Assembly (NCBI GenBank): GCA_002928395.1 | Contig: PEQZ01000001.1 | Coordinates: 2,325-66,324, forward strand | From: Hyphomicrobium sp. | GTDB lineage: Bacteria; Pseudomonadota; Alphaproteobacteria; Rhizobiales; Hyphomicrobiaceae | Direction of reading: 5' to 3' | DNA: 64,000 bases | Shown: positions 9,318 to 18,382 of the stretch, piece by piece | How the letters are laid out: each line of letters starts with the position of its first letter | How positions within the stretch are numbered: the stretch's first letter is position 1 | Notes under the pieces: model-generated | The model's input: only the letters and a program-made list of their open reading frames with translations | What the model was told of the DNA's origin: nothing | The model's database searches: none | Made by a program: the position numbers and the translations under genes

Positions 9318-9938
9318 ATGGCTGACGTAAGTCCACCCAGCGCGACCAACGATCCGAGAGCACCACGGGCGGCTTCGGCCACCCATGTCCAGGACGTGCC
9401 GGGCAACGCCGGGGACAAGCCAGGTCCTATCGACCACGACACCCTGATGGCCTGCGTCGAACTGCTGTTCTTTGCCTACCGGGATTTCACCGGCGAGCCC
9501 GACGCCGTGCTCGACCAGTACGGGTTCGGCCGCGCGCATCATCGGGTTCTGCATTTCATCAGCCGCAATCCCGGACTGTCCGTGGCGGAGCTGCTCGATA
9601 TCCTGAAGATCACCAAGCAGAGCCTCGCCCGGGTCTTGAAACAACTGGTCAGCGAGGGCTTTGTGACCCAGCGTGCCGGCGAGCAGGATCGGCGCGAACG
9701 CCGGCTCTATCTTACCCTGAAGGGTAGCCGGCTGGCCGAAAAGCTGGCGGCACTTCAGGTCCAGCGGATCGAGACCGCATTCCGCAAAGCCGGGCCCGAT
9801 GGCGAGGCTGCGACCCGGCAGTTCCTGTTCGCTATGGTAGCTGACGGCCACCGTGCAAAGGTCGAGGCGCTGATCCGGCTGCCCAGCCCGTCGGCGCCGC
9901 GAGACGAAATACTTCCTCCCGGCAGCGGCGGCTCGTGA
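9318..9938 (+). CDS. MarR family transcriptional regulator (PetP-like position upstream of an OmpR-type regulator)
   Basis: 206 aa. The winged HTH is HHRVLHFISRNPGLSVAELLDILKITKQSLARVLKQLVSEGFVTQRAGEQDRRERRLYLT. Its stop overlaps the next gene's start (GTGATG). Confidence 0.8.
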   Translation: MADVSPPSATNDPRAPRAASATHVQDVPGNAGDKPGPIDHDTLMACVELLFFAYRDFTGEPDAVLDQYGFGRAHHRVLHFISRNPGLSVAELLDILKITKQSLARVLKQLVSEGFVTQRAGEQDRRERRLYLTLKGSRLAEKLAALQVQRIETAFRKAGPDGEAATRQFLFAMVADGHRAKVEALIRLPSPSAPRDEILPPGSGGS

Positions 9939-10651
9939 TGGCAATGGTACCGACGAACCGTGGCGAGCCGTTGGCGGATGACGCGCCGCACGTGCTGGTC
10001 GTCGACGACGACCAGAAGATCCGAGATCTGTTGTCCCGCTACCTGCAAGAGCACGGCTTTCGCGTGTCTTCGGCCGAGAATGTCGAGGCGGCGCGGGCGT
10101 CGATGCGGGGGCTGGCCTTCGACGTGGTCCTGCTCGACGTGATGATGCCGGGCGAGAGCGGGCTGACGCTCGCGCGCGAGTTGAAGGCAACGACCACGAT
10201 ACCGGTCTGTCTGTTGACTGCGCGTTCGGAGCCCGAGGACCGCATCGAGGGCCTCGAGATCGGCGTCGAAGATTACATCGCCAAACCATTCGAACCGCGA
10301 GAGCTGCTGCTCAGACTGCGCAACATTCTGCGCCGCGGCGAGCGGCCATCTGCTCCGCAAGAGGAAGTGCGAATGGGTGCCTACGTCTTCCACCTTGGCC
10401 GCGGCGAGCTGAAACGTGACGACGAGCCTGTCAAGCTCACCGAGCGCGAACGCGACCTTCTGCGGTTTTTCGCACAGAAGCCTGGGATTCCGATCCCGCG
10501 CCACGAACTGTCGAGCGACGATTCAACCGGCAGCGAGCGGGCCATCGACGTCCAGATCAACCGGCTCAGGCGGAAGATCGAGACCGACCCGTCCAATCCG
10601 GTTTACCTTCAGACGGTGCGCGGCAAAGGGTATATTCTTTACATCGATTGA
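9935..10651 (+). CDS. OmpR/PhoB-family response regulator (PetR/CenR-like)
   Basis: 238 aa. The receiver has HVLVVDDD, LLDVMMPG and AKPF, and the C-terminal winged helix has VYLQTVRGKGYIL. The start could be GTG 9935 or ATG 9938/9944. Confidence 0.9.
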   Translation: MMAMVPTNRGEPLADDAPHVLVVDDDQKIRDLLSRYLQEHGFRVSSAENVEAARASMRGLAFDVVLLDVMMPGESGLTLARELKATTTIPVCLLTARSEPEDRIEGLEIGVEDYIAKPFEPRELLLRLRNILRRGERPSAPQEEVRMGAYVFHLGRGELKRDDEPVKLTERERDLLRFFAQKPGIPIPRHELSSDDSTGSERAIDVQINRLRRKIETDPSNPVYLQTVRGKGYILYID

Positions 10652-10721
10652 GCATTGCCTACGCATCGACCGGGCTGCTGCGGCCCGGCTGCTGGAGTGA
10701 GAGGGCTCGGAAACGAACGGC

Positions 10722-12143
10722 ATGGCTTTCGTAGGACACGAGCGCGTGCGCCGCTGGTTCACCGGCTTTGGTCCTGCGGCCCGAAAAGCCGAGGCCCAGG
10801 AAAAGCCGAGCGCACTCTTGCGCCTGCTTTCCGAATTCGTCCCGAAAGGTCTCTATGCGCGTGCACTGATCATCATCATCGCGCCAATCGTCGTGCTCGA
10901 GGGCGTCATCGCCTTCACGTTCATGGAGCGGCACTGGCAGGCCGTCACCCGGCGCCTTTCGGAGGCAACCGCACGCGACATCGCAGCCCTGATCGATGTC
11001 TACGAGGACTACGCCCACGATGACGAATACAGCCGCCTGATTGAAATGGCCCGGGACCGGCTCAATCTGTCGATGCAGGTCCTGCCCTCTGGAGATTTGC
11101 CGGCGCCGGGACCCAAACCGTTCTTCTCGCTGCTCGACAAGGCGTTGTCGAACGAGATCCGCCGGCACGTCAAGCGGCCGTTCTGGATCGACACCGTGGG
11201 CGACAGCCGCCGCGTCGAGATCCGGGTGAAGCACGACAACGCGGTGCTCCGCTTCGGCGCGACTCGCACGCAGACCTATGCTTCCAACTCCCACATCTTC
11301 CTGTTGTGGATGGTCGGCACCTCGATCATTCTGCTGACGGTTGCCATCATGTTCCTGAAGAACCAGATCCGTCCCATCCTGCGTCTTTCGGAAGCCGCCG
11401 ACGCGTTCGGCAAGGGTCGTCCCTTCCCGGAAGACTTCAAGCCGCGCGGGGCGCGCGAGGTCCGGCAAGCGGCCGAAGCGTTCATCGAGATGCGGGACCG
11501 CATCAAGACGCACGTCGAACAGCGCACCACCATGCTGGCGGGCGTGAGCCACGACCTGCGCACGGTACTTACGCGCTTCAAGCTCGAACTGGCGCTGCTG
11601 CCCGAGAACGCCGAAACGCAGGCGCTGAAGGCCGACGTCAACGAGATGCAGCACATGGTCGAGGACTACCTCGCGTTCGCCCGCGGCGACGGCGGGGAAG
11701 AGGCCAAGCCGACCAATCTGCGGGAACTGTTGGAAGAAATCCACGATGAGGCGCAGGTGTTCGGAACGCAGATCGACTTGAAGCTCAGGAAGCGGCGCAA
11801 GGACCTTGTGCTGCCGCTGAAGCGCCAGGCCCTCAAGCGCGCAATCACCAACCTCGTTTCGAACGCGGCCCGTTTCGGCGATCAGATCGTGATCCGCGCC
11901 GCCACCGAAGGCCGCTGGGTTCGCATCGAGGTGGACGACAATGGCCCCGGCATTCCGCCGTCAGAGCGCGCCAACGTATTCAAGCCGTTCTACCGGCTCG
12001 ACCATGCGCGCAATCAGGACGAGGGCAATACCGGCCTCGGCCTCGCTATCGCGCGCGACATCGCCAAGAGCCACGGCGGGGACGTCTCGCTGGGTGAAAG
12101 CTCGATGGGCGGCCTGCGCGCCATCATCTCGGTGCCGCTGTGA
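10722..12143 (+). CDS. EnvZ-like sensor histidine kinase (HAMP-HisKA-HATPase; CenK-like position)
   Basis: 473 aa with two TM segments and a HAMP domain. It has the H-box GVSHDLRTVLT, N-box NLVSNAARF and G-boxes DDNGPGIP / GLGLAIARDI. Confidence 0.9.
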   Translation: MAFVGHERVRRWFTGFGPAARKAEAQEKPSALLRLLSEFVPKGLYARALIIIIAPIVVLEGVIAFTFMERHWQAVTRRLSEATARDIAALIDVYEDYAHDDEYSRLIEMARDRLNLSMQVLPSGDLPAPGPKPFFSLLDKALSNEIRRHVKRPFWIDTVGDSRRVEIRVKHDNAVLRFGATRTQTYASNSHIFLLWMVGTSIILLTVAIMFLKNQIRPILRLSEAADAFGKGRPFPEDFKPRGAREVRQAAEAFIEMRDRIKTHVEQRTTMLAGVSHDLRTVLTRFKLELALLPENAETQALKADVNEMQHMVEDYLAFARGDGGEEAKPTNLRELLEEIHDEAQVFGTQIDLKLRKRRKDLVLPLKRQALKRAITNLVSNAARFGDQIVIRAATEGRWVRIEVDDNGPGIPPSERANVFKPFYRLDHARNQDEGNTGLGLAIARDIAKSHGGDVSLGESSMGGLRAIISVPL

Positions 12144-12175
12144 GCGGCGACCACCGATGAAAGCGTCGTCGACAC

Positions 12176-12853
12176 TCAAGTGGCCGGTCGTTCCGCCTCG
12201 TTGACCGTGCCAGGCGCCGAAGCGGACGGGCCGTTGTCACTGGTCCGAGGCGACGTCGAGAAGATCGACGCCATCCGCTTCATCGCCGATGTGACTTCCT
12301 CGATCGAAGCCATGGTCCGCTCACCCCGCCGCAAGCGACGGTCCAGGGCCGCCATGGTGCGAGCAAGGCCCGGATCGTCGTCATCGAGCCATGTTGTGAA
12401 AACGCTCACGTAGACCGAGGCGACGCCGGCGACCTTGAGACCGCCTTCGATGCCATCTGTCGATACGCCCGCGGCATTGAGCATCCACGACTGCGAGGAG
12501 AGAAAGCTGCGGATGAAGGCTGGGTCCGCGGAGCGCGACTGGTAGATCGACTTCATGGCCTTGCGATGGGGCGTCAGCGCGTCGAAACGGTTCATGATGA
12601 CTTCAAACAGCGTGTCGCGCGCCGATTGGCCGGTGGGGCGCTTGGATGCCTTGGCTAGCACCTCGTCATCGATCGTGCGGGCGAACGCGGCGACAATCTC
12701 GCCCTTCGACGCGAAGTGAGCGCGCATCTCGGCCAAGGAAATTCCGGCCGACTCGGCGATATCGAGCAGTGCGACATCGCCCCAAGGACGCTCGGCCGCC
12801 AAACGAACAGCTGCGGCGATGACGCGGCCCTGAGGGTTAATGGTATCGATCAT
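12176..12853 (-). CDS. TetR/AcrR family transcriptional regulator
   Basis: 225 aa. The N-terminal HTH is VALLDIAESAGISLAEMRAHFASKGEIV. Confidence 0.85.
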   Translation of the reverse strand: MIDTINPQGRVIAAAVRLAAERPWGDVALLDIAESAGISLAEMRAHFASKGEIVAAFARTIDDEVLAKASKRPTGQSARDTLFEVIMNRFDALTPHRKAMKSIYQSRSADPAFIRSFLSSQSWMLNAAGVSTDGIEGGLKVAGVASVYVSVFTTWLDDDDPGLARTMAALDRRLRRGERTMASIEEVTSAMKRMASIFSTSPRTSDNGPSASAPGTVNEAERPAT

Positions 12854-12928
12854 GAAGCCGCGTCTCCTGTGCTCTCGCGTTCGCGTGCATGTAGCCTACG
12901 CGCGCGGCGATACCAAGATCACGACATA

Positions 12929-13438
12929 TCATGCCTCGGCTGGGGCCTTGCTGCCGATATCGTCGAGGCGCTTCTGCAACGTCAACTTGTCGAGTTGATT
13001 GAACGGCAGGTTCACGAAGATCGAAATGCGCTGGTAGAGCATCCGGTGGGTTTCGGTGAACGCCGCGCGCTTCTCGGCCTCGCTGCCGGTTGCGGTCGAC
13101 GGGTCTGGCAGCCCCCAGTGCGCCGTCATCGGCTGGCCGGGCCAGTGGGGGCAGGTCTCGTTGGCCGCATCGTCACAGACCGTGAACACGAAGTCGAGCG
13201 CGGGCGCGCCCGGTGCCGCGAACTCGTCCCACGACTTCGATCGCAGCTGGCTGGTATCGTAGTTGAGCCGCTGCAGCATCTCGAGGGCATAGAGATTAAC
13301 GGCGCCACGCGGCTGGCTGCCGGCGCTCAATCCACGGAATTTACCTTTGCCAAGAAAGTTGATGATGCACTCGCCGATAACGGATCTGGCCGAGTTGTGG
13401 GTGCAAAGGAAAAGGACGTTGTACATGCGATCACTCAT
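12929..13438 (-). CDS. arsC: Arsenate reductase, LMW-PTPase (thioredoxin-coupled) type
   Basis: 169 aa. It has the P-loop LFLCTHNSARS and a downstream Cys region, FTVCDDAANETCP. Its start overlaps the arsR stop (ATGA). Confidence 0.85.
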   Translation of the reverse strand: MSDRMYNVLFLCTHNSARSVIGECIINFLGKGKFRGLSAGSQPRGAVNLYALEMLQRLNYDTSQLRSKSWDEFAAPGAPALDFVFTVCDDAANETCPHWPGQPMTAHWGLPDPSTATGSEAEKRAAFTETHRMLYQRISIFVNLPFNQLDKLTLQKRLDDIGSKAPAEA

Positions 13439-13806
13439 GACGAAAACTCCGGGTTGCTGACTTCAGCCGATCCACAGCAAAGCGAACTCACTTCCACGAA
13501 GATGCCGCCGCAGAGATCGGCCTTGCCGCCGCAGCAGTCCGCGATCAGGAATTCGAGCAGACGCCGGACCGCATCGACCTCGACGTTCGAACGTATCGAC
13601 CGGCCCACACGCCAGGATCTAACCAATCCGGCCCGCTCTAATTCCTTGATATGAAACGACAGGTTGGTCGCGCCGATACCAACTCCACGCGCCAGCTCGC
13701 CGGCGGCCAAACCTGACGGCCCGGCCGCGATCAAGGCGCGAAAAACGGCGAGCCGATGCTCATGGGCGAGTGCGGAAAGCGTGCGAGAGGCGGTGACATG
13801 ATCCAT
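13435..13806 (-). CDS. arsR: ArsR/SmtB family metalloregulator
   Basis: The wHTH is LAHEHRLAVFRALIAAGPSGLAAGELARGVGIGATNLSFHIKELERAGLV. The C-terminal Cys cluster is DCCGGKADLCGG...CCGS. I prefer the ATG at 13806 over the TTG at 13815. Confidence 0.85.
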   Translation of the reverse strand: MDHVTASRTLSALAHEHRLAVFRALIAAGPSGLAAGELARGVGIGATNLSFHIKELERAGLVRSWRVGRSIRSNVEVDAVRRLLEFLIADCCGGKADLCGGIFVEVSSLCCGSAEVSNPEFSS

Positions 13807-13809
13807 GGC

Positions 13810-13837
13810 CAACAATCCGATATTTCAATAATTGTTG
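13810..13837. promoter_or_regulatory. Inverted repeat CAACAAT-N14-ATTGTTG immediately upstream of arsR (candidate ArsR operator)
   Basis: A perfect 7-bp inverted repeat sits at 13810-13816 / 13831-13837, at the edge of an AT-rich non-coding stretch. Confidence 0.3.
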
Positions 13838-14294
13838 CAATGTCAAAAATCTCTCCAGCCGATTGGTCCTCTTTGCTCACGGAGTCTCCGCCTGAATTCA
13901 CAATTTCGTGAGGACAGGGCAATGCACTTGCACATAACGTTACAACATTACACAATGCACATGTAATAGTATTTCATTCGTTCTGAGCCAGTGGATCGAT
14001 CGACACCGGGCCCCTCGGCGCAGAACAACGGAAAATGACCGCCTCACAGCACGAGAGGATGCAGCTACCGCCCTAAAGGGGGCGCGATAGGTCAACGACG
14101 TGAGATCGCTTTTTTGCGTCGACGACGACGCAAACACGTGACCCCGGCCCGTCCGACACGCGCAAACGGTCGCCCGCTCCTCCTCGGGTGAACGGTAACG
14201 GATTGGCCGGTGTGCGACGCCTTGGAACGCCGGAGCCTTCGGGCTCTCCGAGGTTCGGCGTCACGCGGCCGCGAGTACCAGTGAGACTTCTCCC

Positions 14295-15119
14295 TCATTG
14301 TCCCAACTCGCGGCCGCGGCGCGCGGCGGCTGCAATGGCCCTGCCCATCAGTTCGGCCATGCCCTGTCGGTCCATCAACACATCGAGCGCCGCTGCCGTC
14401 GTGCCACCGGGCGACGTCACGTTTTGCCTGAGAGTGGCTGCGTCGAGATCAGATTGCCGAAGCATTTCGCCAGCGCCTGAGACGGTGGCCCGGGCCAAGC
14501 GGCGCGCGAGCGAGGGATCTAGCCCCTCGGCGATCGCCGCAGCCTCGATCGCCTCGGCCAGCAGAAACACATAGGCCGGACCTGAACCCGATACCGCTGT
14601 TACCGCGTCCATCTGCAATTCATCGGCAATCCAGCCAACCTCACCGATCGCACCAAGCAGCGTTTCGCAGAGCGACCGCTGACGGTTTGTGACATGTGCG
14701 TTGCCGCAACATACTGTAATGCCACGACCCAGAGCAGCCGGCGTGTTCGGCATGGCGCGAACGACGGCTGTGCCAGGAGCGAGATGCCTCTCGAAACCAG
14801 CAATCGACCGGCCGGCCGCAATCGACAATACGAGCGTATCTGGACCAGCCAACCGGGCTAGCGGCGGGAACACCTGATCCATCATCTGCGGTTTGACGGC
14901 GACGATCATGACTGCGGGCTGAGCCGGCAAAACCGGCAGGATGCCGACCGGGCGAATTCCGTGTTTCGTGAACAGCGGCGCAAGCTCTTCCGGCGGCGAC
15001 GGATCCTGGACGAACACGCATTTTGGATCGAGGCCGCGGGCCAGCCAGCCCGTGAGCATAGCCCCGCCCATTTTGCCTGAGCCCGCCAGCACCAGCGGAC
15101 CGCCCACATCGATAGTCAT
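14295..15119 (-). CDS. proC: Pyrroline-5-carboxylate reductase
   Basis: The NADP-binding N-terminus is LVLAGSGKMGGAML and the C-terminal signature is VTSPGGTTAAAL. I prefer the ATG at 15119; the track ORF begins at a TTG at 15137. Confidence 0.85.
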   Translation of the reverse strand: MTIDVGGPLVLAGSGKMGGAMLTGWLARGLDPKCVFVQDPSPPEELAPLFTKHGIRPVGILPVLPAQPAVMIVAVKPQMMDQVFPPLARLAGPDTLVLSIAAGRSIAGFERHLAPGTAVVRAMPNTPAALGRGITVCCGNAHVTNRQRSLCETLLGAIGEVGWIADELQMDAVTAVSGSGPAYVFLLAEAIEAAAIAEGLDPSLARRLARATVSGAGEMLRQSDLDAATLRQNVTSPGGTTAAALDVLMDRQGMAELMGRAIAAAARRGRELGQ

Positions 15120-15164
15120 GACTCGCCACCCGGCCAATACCGACAGCCGCTCGGTGCGCGGCGA

Positions 15165-15665
15165 TTACGCTTGGCCCTCGGTTTCGAACATGGTCGACAC
15201 CAGCGCCTCTCGACTTTCCTTACCGGCCCACACCACGAACTGGAAGGCCTGATAATAGCGCTCGCAGGCTTCCAGTGCCGCTTTGAGCATTGCTTCGCAC
15301 TGGGCGGGCGTTGCCACGGCGCCGTTCAGCAACAGCGCGTGGCGGAACATCACCAGCCCCTCTTGGGTCCACAAATCGAAATGGCCGAGCCACAGCTGCT
15401 CATTGATCTGCGACACGAGGCGATACATTTCGGGCAGCCGCTGCTCGGGCACACGGAAATCAAACGCACAGGCCAGATGCAGCGCCTCAAGATCGCCGCG
15501 CCAGTTGAGCGAGACATGATAGTCGGTCCAAGACCCTGCGACGACGAGGGTCATCTCGTCCTCGCCAGCGCGATCGCAAGCCCAATCGTGGTTCTGAGCC
15601 AAGAGCTCGATGAGATCGATCGGGTTGTTGGTCAATCGATTGTAGCCTTGTTCAGACGTTGCCAT
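15165..15665 (-). CDS. YbjN domain-containing protein
   Basis: 166 aa and acidic. The pattern ...LTLVVAGSWTDYHVSLNWRGDLEALHLACAFDFRVPEQR...NEQLWLGHFDLW... is typical of the alphaproteobacterial YbjN family usually found beside proC. Confidence 0.7.
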   Translation of the reverse strand: MATSEQGYNRLTNNPIDLIELLAQNHDWACDRAGEDEMTLVVAGSWTDYHVSLNWRGDLEALHLACAFDFRVPEQRLPEMYRLVSQINEQLWLGHFDLWTQEGLVMFRHALLLNGAVATPAQCEAMLKAALEACERYYQAFQFVVWAGKESREALVSTMFETEGQA

Positions 15666-15957
15666 TCGCGCTCCTCGGATCTTGTCTCGTTCGGAGGTAA
15701 GACCGGTCGACCCGCCCCAACTCCGTGAGTGAGCGGCACGAAAACAGAGGGGGTCACGAGTCGCAAGCGCGCGACCTTCTTGTCCACGATCATCCCCACA
15801 TCATCGGCCAAAAGGTCGCGAAATTGGGGCGTCAGGAACCCAAGTGTTGATAACCTGTGCTGAAGCTGTGGACCGTGCATCCCGGCACTCGACGGGCACG
15901 TGTCGTGGCGGCAACGGCTGATTCAGCCTGCGGGTCCCGTGGCAGCTCGTGCGCAGT

Positions 15958-16209
15958 TCAAGCGCCGAAACGTGCTTCCAGGGCCGCGAGGCGCGCGTCG
16001 AGCCGTTCGTTCTCGGCGCGAGCCTTCTCCGCCATTGCCTTGACCGCCTCGAATTCCTCGCGCTGGACCACGTCCAGCCCCTGGAGAACTTTCTCACCTT
16101 GCGCCTTCATGATCGTCTCGACCTCGCGCTTCACACCCTGGGCGGCACCAGCGGCATCGGTCATGAGTTTGGCGAATTCGTCGAGGAAGCGGTTGTTGGT
16201 CTGGGTCAT
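15958..16209 (-). CDS. UbiK/BMFP (YqiC) family coiled-coil accessory protein
   Basis: 83 aa from the ATG at 16209: MTQTNNRFLDEFAKLMTDAAGAAQGVKREVETIMKAQGEKVLQGLDVVQREEFEAVKAMAEKARAENERL... Confidence 0.7.
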   Translation of the reverse strand: MTQTNNRFLDEFAKLMTDAAGAAQGVKREVETIMKAQGEKVLQGLDVVQREEFEAVKAMAEKARAENERLDARLAALEARFGA

Positions 16210-16412
16210 GGGCGAGATCCTTGCGAGGCGGGTCGATGATTCGGGCTGCGACCCTCGTTTGACGGAACTATGGGCGGTACGGGCAGGTCCGGCAAGGAGC
16301 CGGACGACGGTCGAGGCTTGACATAACCGCGCGGGTGCCGAAATCGTCCGCCGGTCGATCAATGCAGAAGATGCACACCCGAGGGGAACCGGCGCGAGCC
16401 GGAGCAAACGCC

Positions 16413-17258
16413 ATGAGCTTTCTCGCCATCCCCTTTCCCGGTCTCGATCCGGTAGCCTTCTCGATCGGACCCTTGTCGGTCAAATGGTACGGGCTGGCCT
16501 ACATGGCGGGACTTTTGCTGGGCTGGCTCTACATCCGCAAGCTGCTGGGCACCTCCGGCATCTGGGCCAAGGCCACGCCGCCGTTCGGCATCGAGCGGGT
16601 CGACGACCTGTTGCTCTATATGACGCTCGGTGTGATCGCGGGCGGGCGGCTCGGGTTCGTTCTCTTCTACGAACCGGGATACTACCTCGCCAACCCGCTC
16701 GACATCCCTGCCATCTGGAAGGGCGGCATGGCGTTTCACGGCGCGCTGCTCGGATGTGGGGTTGCGATCTGGCTGTTCGCGCACAACAACAAGCTGAACC
16801 CCTACTCGGCCATGGATCTTTGCGCGGCAGCGGTCCCCATCGGGCTCTTGTTCGGGCGGCTGGCCAACTTCATCAACGGCGAGTTGTGGGGGCGCCCGAC
16901 GAATGTATGGTGGGGCATGGTCTTCCCGGAGGCCAAATTCTATTTCCCGAATAGCGAACCGCAGCCGAGGCATCCGAGCCAGCTCTACGAAGCGGGGCTC
17001 GAAGGTTTGGCGCTGTTCCTGATCCTGAGGTTCATGACCCACAAACTGCGCGCACTGGAGCAACCTGGACAGGTGACGGGCGCATTCTTAGCCGGCTATG
17101 GCGTATTCCGCTCGTTCTGCGAACTCTACCGCCAACCCGATCCGCTGCATGCACTGACATACTATGGCCTGACGCCGGGCATCGCCTATTCGATCCCGAT
17201 GGTCATGCTGGGGGCGTGGTTCGTCTGGCGGGCGCGGCGGGAGGCGGCAGTGGCGTGA
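16413..17258 (+). CDS. lgt: Prolipoprotein diacylglyceryl transferase
   Basis: 281 aa from the ATG at 16413 (MSFLAIPFPGLDPVAFSIGPLSVKWYGLAYMAG...). The conserved motifs FHGALLG and GRLANFINGELWGRPT are present. Confidence 0.9.
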   Translation: MSFLAIPFPGLDPVAFSIGPLSVKWYGLAYMAGLLLGWLYIRKLLGTSGIWAKATPPFGIERVDDLLLYMTLGVIAGGRLGFVLFYEPGYYLANPLDIPAIWKGGMAFHGALLGCGVAIWLFAHNNKLNPYSAMDLCAAAVPIGLLFGRLANFINGELWGRPTNVWWGMVFPEAKFYFPNSEPQPRHPSQLYEAGLEGLALFLILRFMTHKLRALEQPGQVTGAFLAGYGVFRSFCELYRQPDPLHALTYYGLTPGIAYSIPMVMLGAWFVWRARREAAVA

Positions 17259-17265
17259 TGAGCCA

Positions 17266-18381
17266 ATGTTGACCGATCTGCCCTACGATCCGGAAAGACG
17301 GCGCGAGACGCCGCTGGCGCTGAGGCTCAAAGAGCGCATCCGTCGCGAGGGTCCGATCTCGGTTGCCGAGTACATGACGGCGTGCCTCCAGGACCCTGAG
17401 CATGGCTATTACCGCACCAAAGCCGCGATCGGGGCCAAAGGAGATTTCATCACCGCGCCAGAGATCAGCCAGGTGTTCGGCGAACTGATCGGGCTGTGGT
17501 GCGCGGTTGTATGGCAGCAGATGGGTTCGCCGCCCAGGGTCAACTTGGTCGAGTTGGGGCCTGGGCGCGGGACGCTGATGCGGGATGCGCTCCGCGCGGC
17601 CAAAGTGGTGCCGGGGTTCAGGGAAGCGATCGCGCTGCATCTGGTCGAGAGCAACGATGCATTGGCGTTCCAGCAACGGGAGATGCTGGACGCGCTGCAT
17701 GTTTGGCCATCCGTCATGAGCGCGTTCGAGGGTTGGATGCTCGACGCGCCGGCCATTGTCGTAGGCAACGAGTTCATCGACGCGCAGGCGGACATTCTGC
17801 AGTGGCTGCGGACGGAGACCGAGTATGGATGGCAGCTTCGCACCGTCGCCCTCGACGCTCGCGGCGAATTGGCTTTTCTCTGGCGCGATGCCTGGATCGA
17901 AGATCTTCCGACGGCCTTTCCAAGTGCTTCGGCGGGAGAGATCTACGAGCTTCGCAGGACCGACCTGTGGGCCACACTCGGCGGCTTCGCAGGTCGCGCG
18001 CCAACGGCCGCGCTGTTCATCGACTATGGCCATGAAATCACCTTGCCGGGAGATACACTTCAGGCGGTGCGGAGCCATGCTTTCGAACATCCGCTGACGT
18101 CACCCGGTGAAGCCGATCTGACGACGCTTGTCGATTTCGAGAAGGTTGCAGATGGCGCAAAGGTCTATGGCCTCGCCGTCGACGGCCCGGTCACGCAGGC
18201 CGAGTTCCTCGGCTCTCTCGGCATCGTCGAGCGGGCCTCGAAACTCATGGCTGCGAACCCGGCCAAAGCCGCCGAGATCGAGATGGGCGTGGCGCGATTG
18301 ATGGCCGTGCCCGGCATGGGCAGCCGCTTCAAGGCGATCGGATTGCGTTCGAAGAGCGTGCCGCCGTTGCCCGGATTCTAG
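17266..18381 (+). CDS. Class I SAM-dependent methyltransferase, DUF185 / NDUFAF7 (MidA)-like
   Basis: 371 aa with the family signature GDFITAPEISQVFGELIGLW. It sits in the lgt-DUF185-pgeF arrangement typical of Alphaproteobacteria. Confidence 0.8.
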   Translation: MLTDLPYDPERRRETPLALRLKERIRREGPISVAEYMTACLQDPEHGYYRTKAAIGAKGDFITAPEISQVFGELIGLWCAVVWQQMGSPPRVNLVELGPGRGTLMRDALRAAKVVPGFREAIALHLVESNDALAFQQREMLDALHVWPSVMSAFEGWMLDAPAIVVGNEFIDAQADILQWLRTETEYGWQLRTVALDARGELAFLWRDAWIEDLPTAFPSASAGEIYELRRTDLWATLGGFAGRAPTAALFIDYGHEITLPGDTLQAVRSHAFEHPLTSPGEADLTTLVDFEKVADGAKVYGLAVDGPVTQAEFLGSLGIVERASKLMAANPAKAAEIEMGVARLMAVPGMGSRFKAIGLRSKSVPPLPGF

Positions 18382-18382
18382 G

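Noticed and set aside
9177-10289. Upstream 371 codons of the 668-aa track ORF (8283..10289, minus strand)
   Set aside because: It is antisense to the MarR and response-regulator genes and has junk-like Arg/Pro/Ser composition. ilvE is complete from the ATG at 9176.
10659-11744. 361-aa minus-strand ORF and similar long antisense ORFs (e.g. 17203-18090, 21896-23093, 36836-37612, 37590-38558)
   Set aside because: These are shadow ORFs opposite strongly supported genes (histidine kinase, DUF185 methyltransferase, TonB receptor, secreted protein, ABC1 kinase). Their Arg/Gly/Asp/His-rich composition is typical of antisense frames in high-GC DNA, and no motifs are present.
14110-14133. Hairpin TTGCGTCG-acga-CGACGCAA with a T6 run, considered as the proC terminator
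   Set aside because: The T-run precedes the stem on the plus strand, so it follows as an A-run on the minus strand that carries proC. The orientation is wrong for an intrinsic terminator of any nearby gene.
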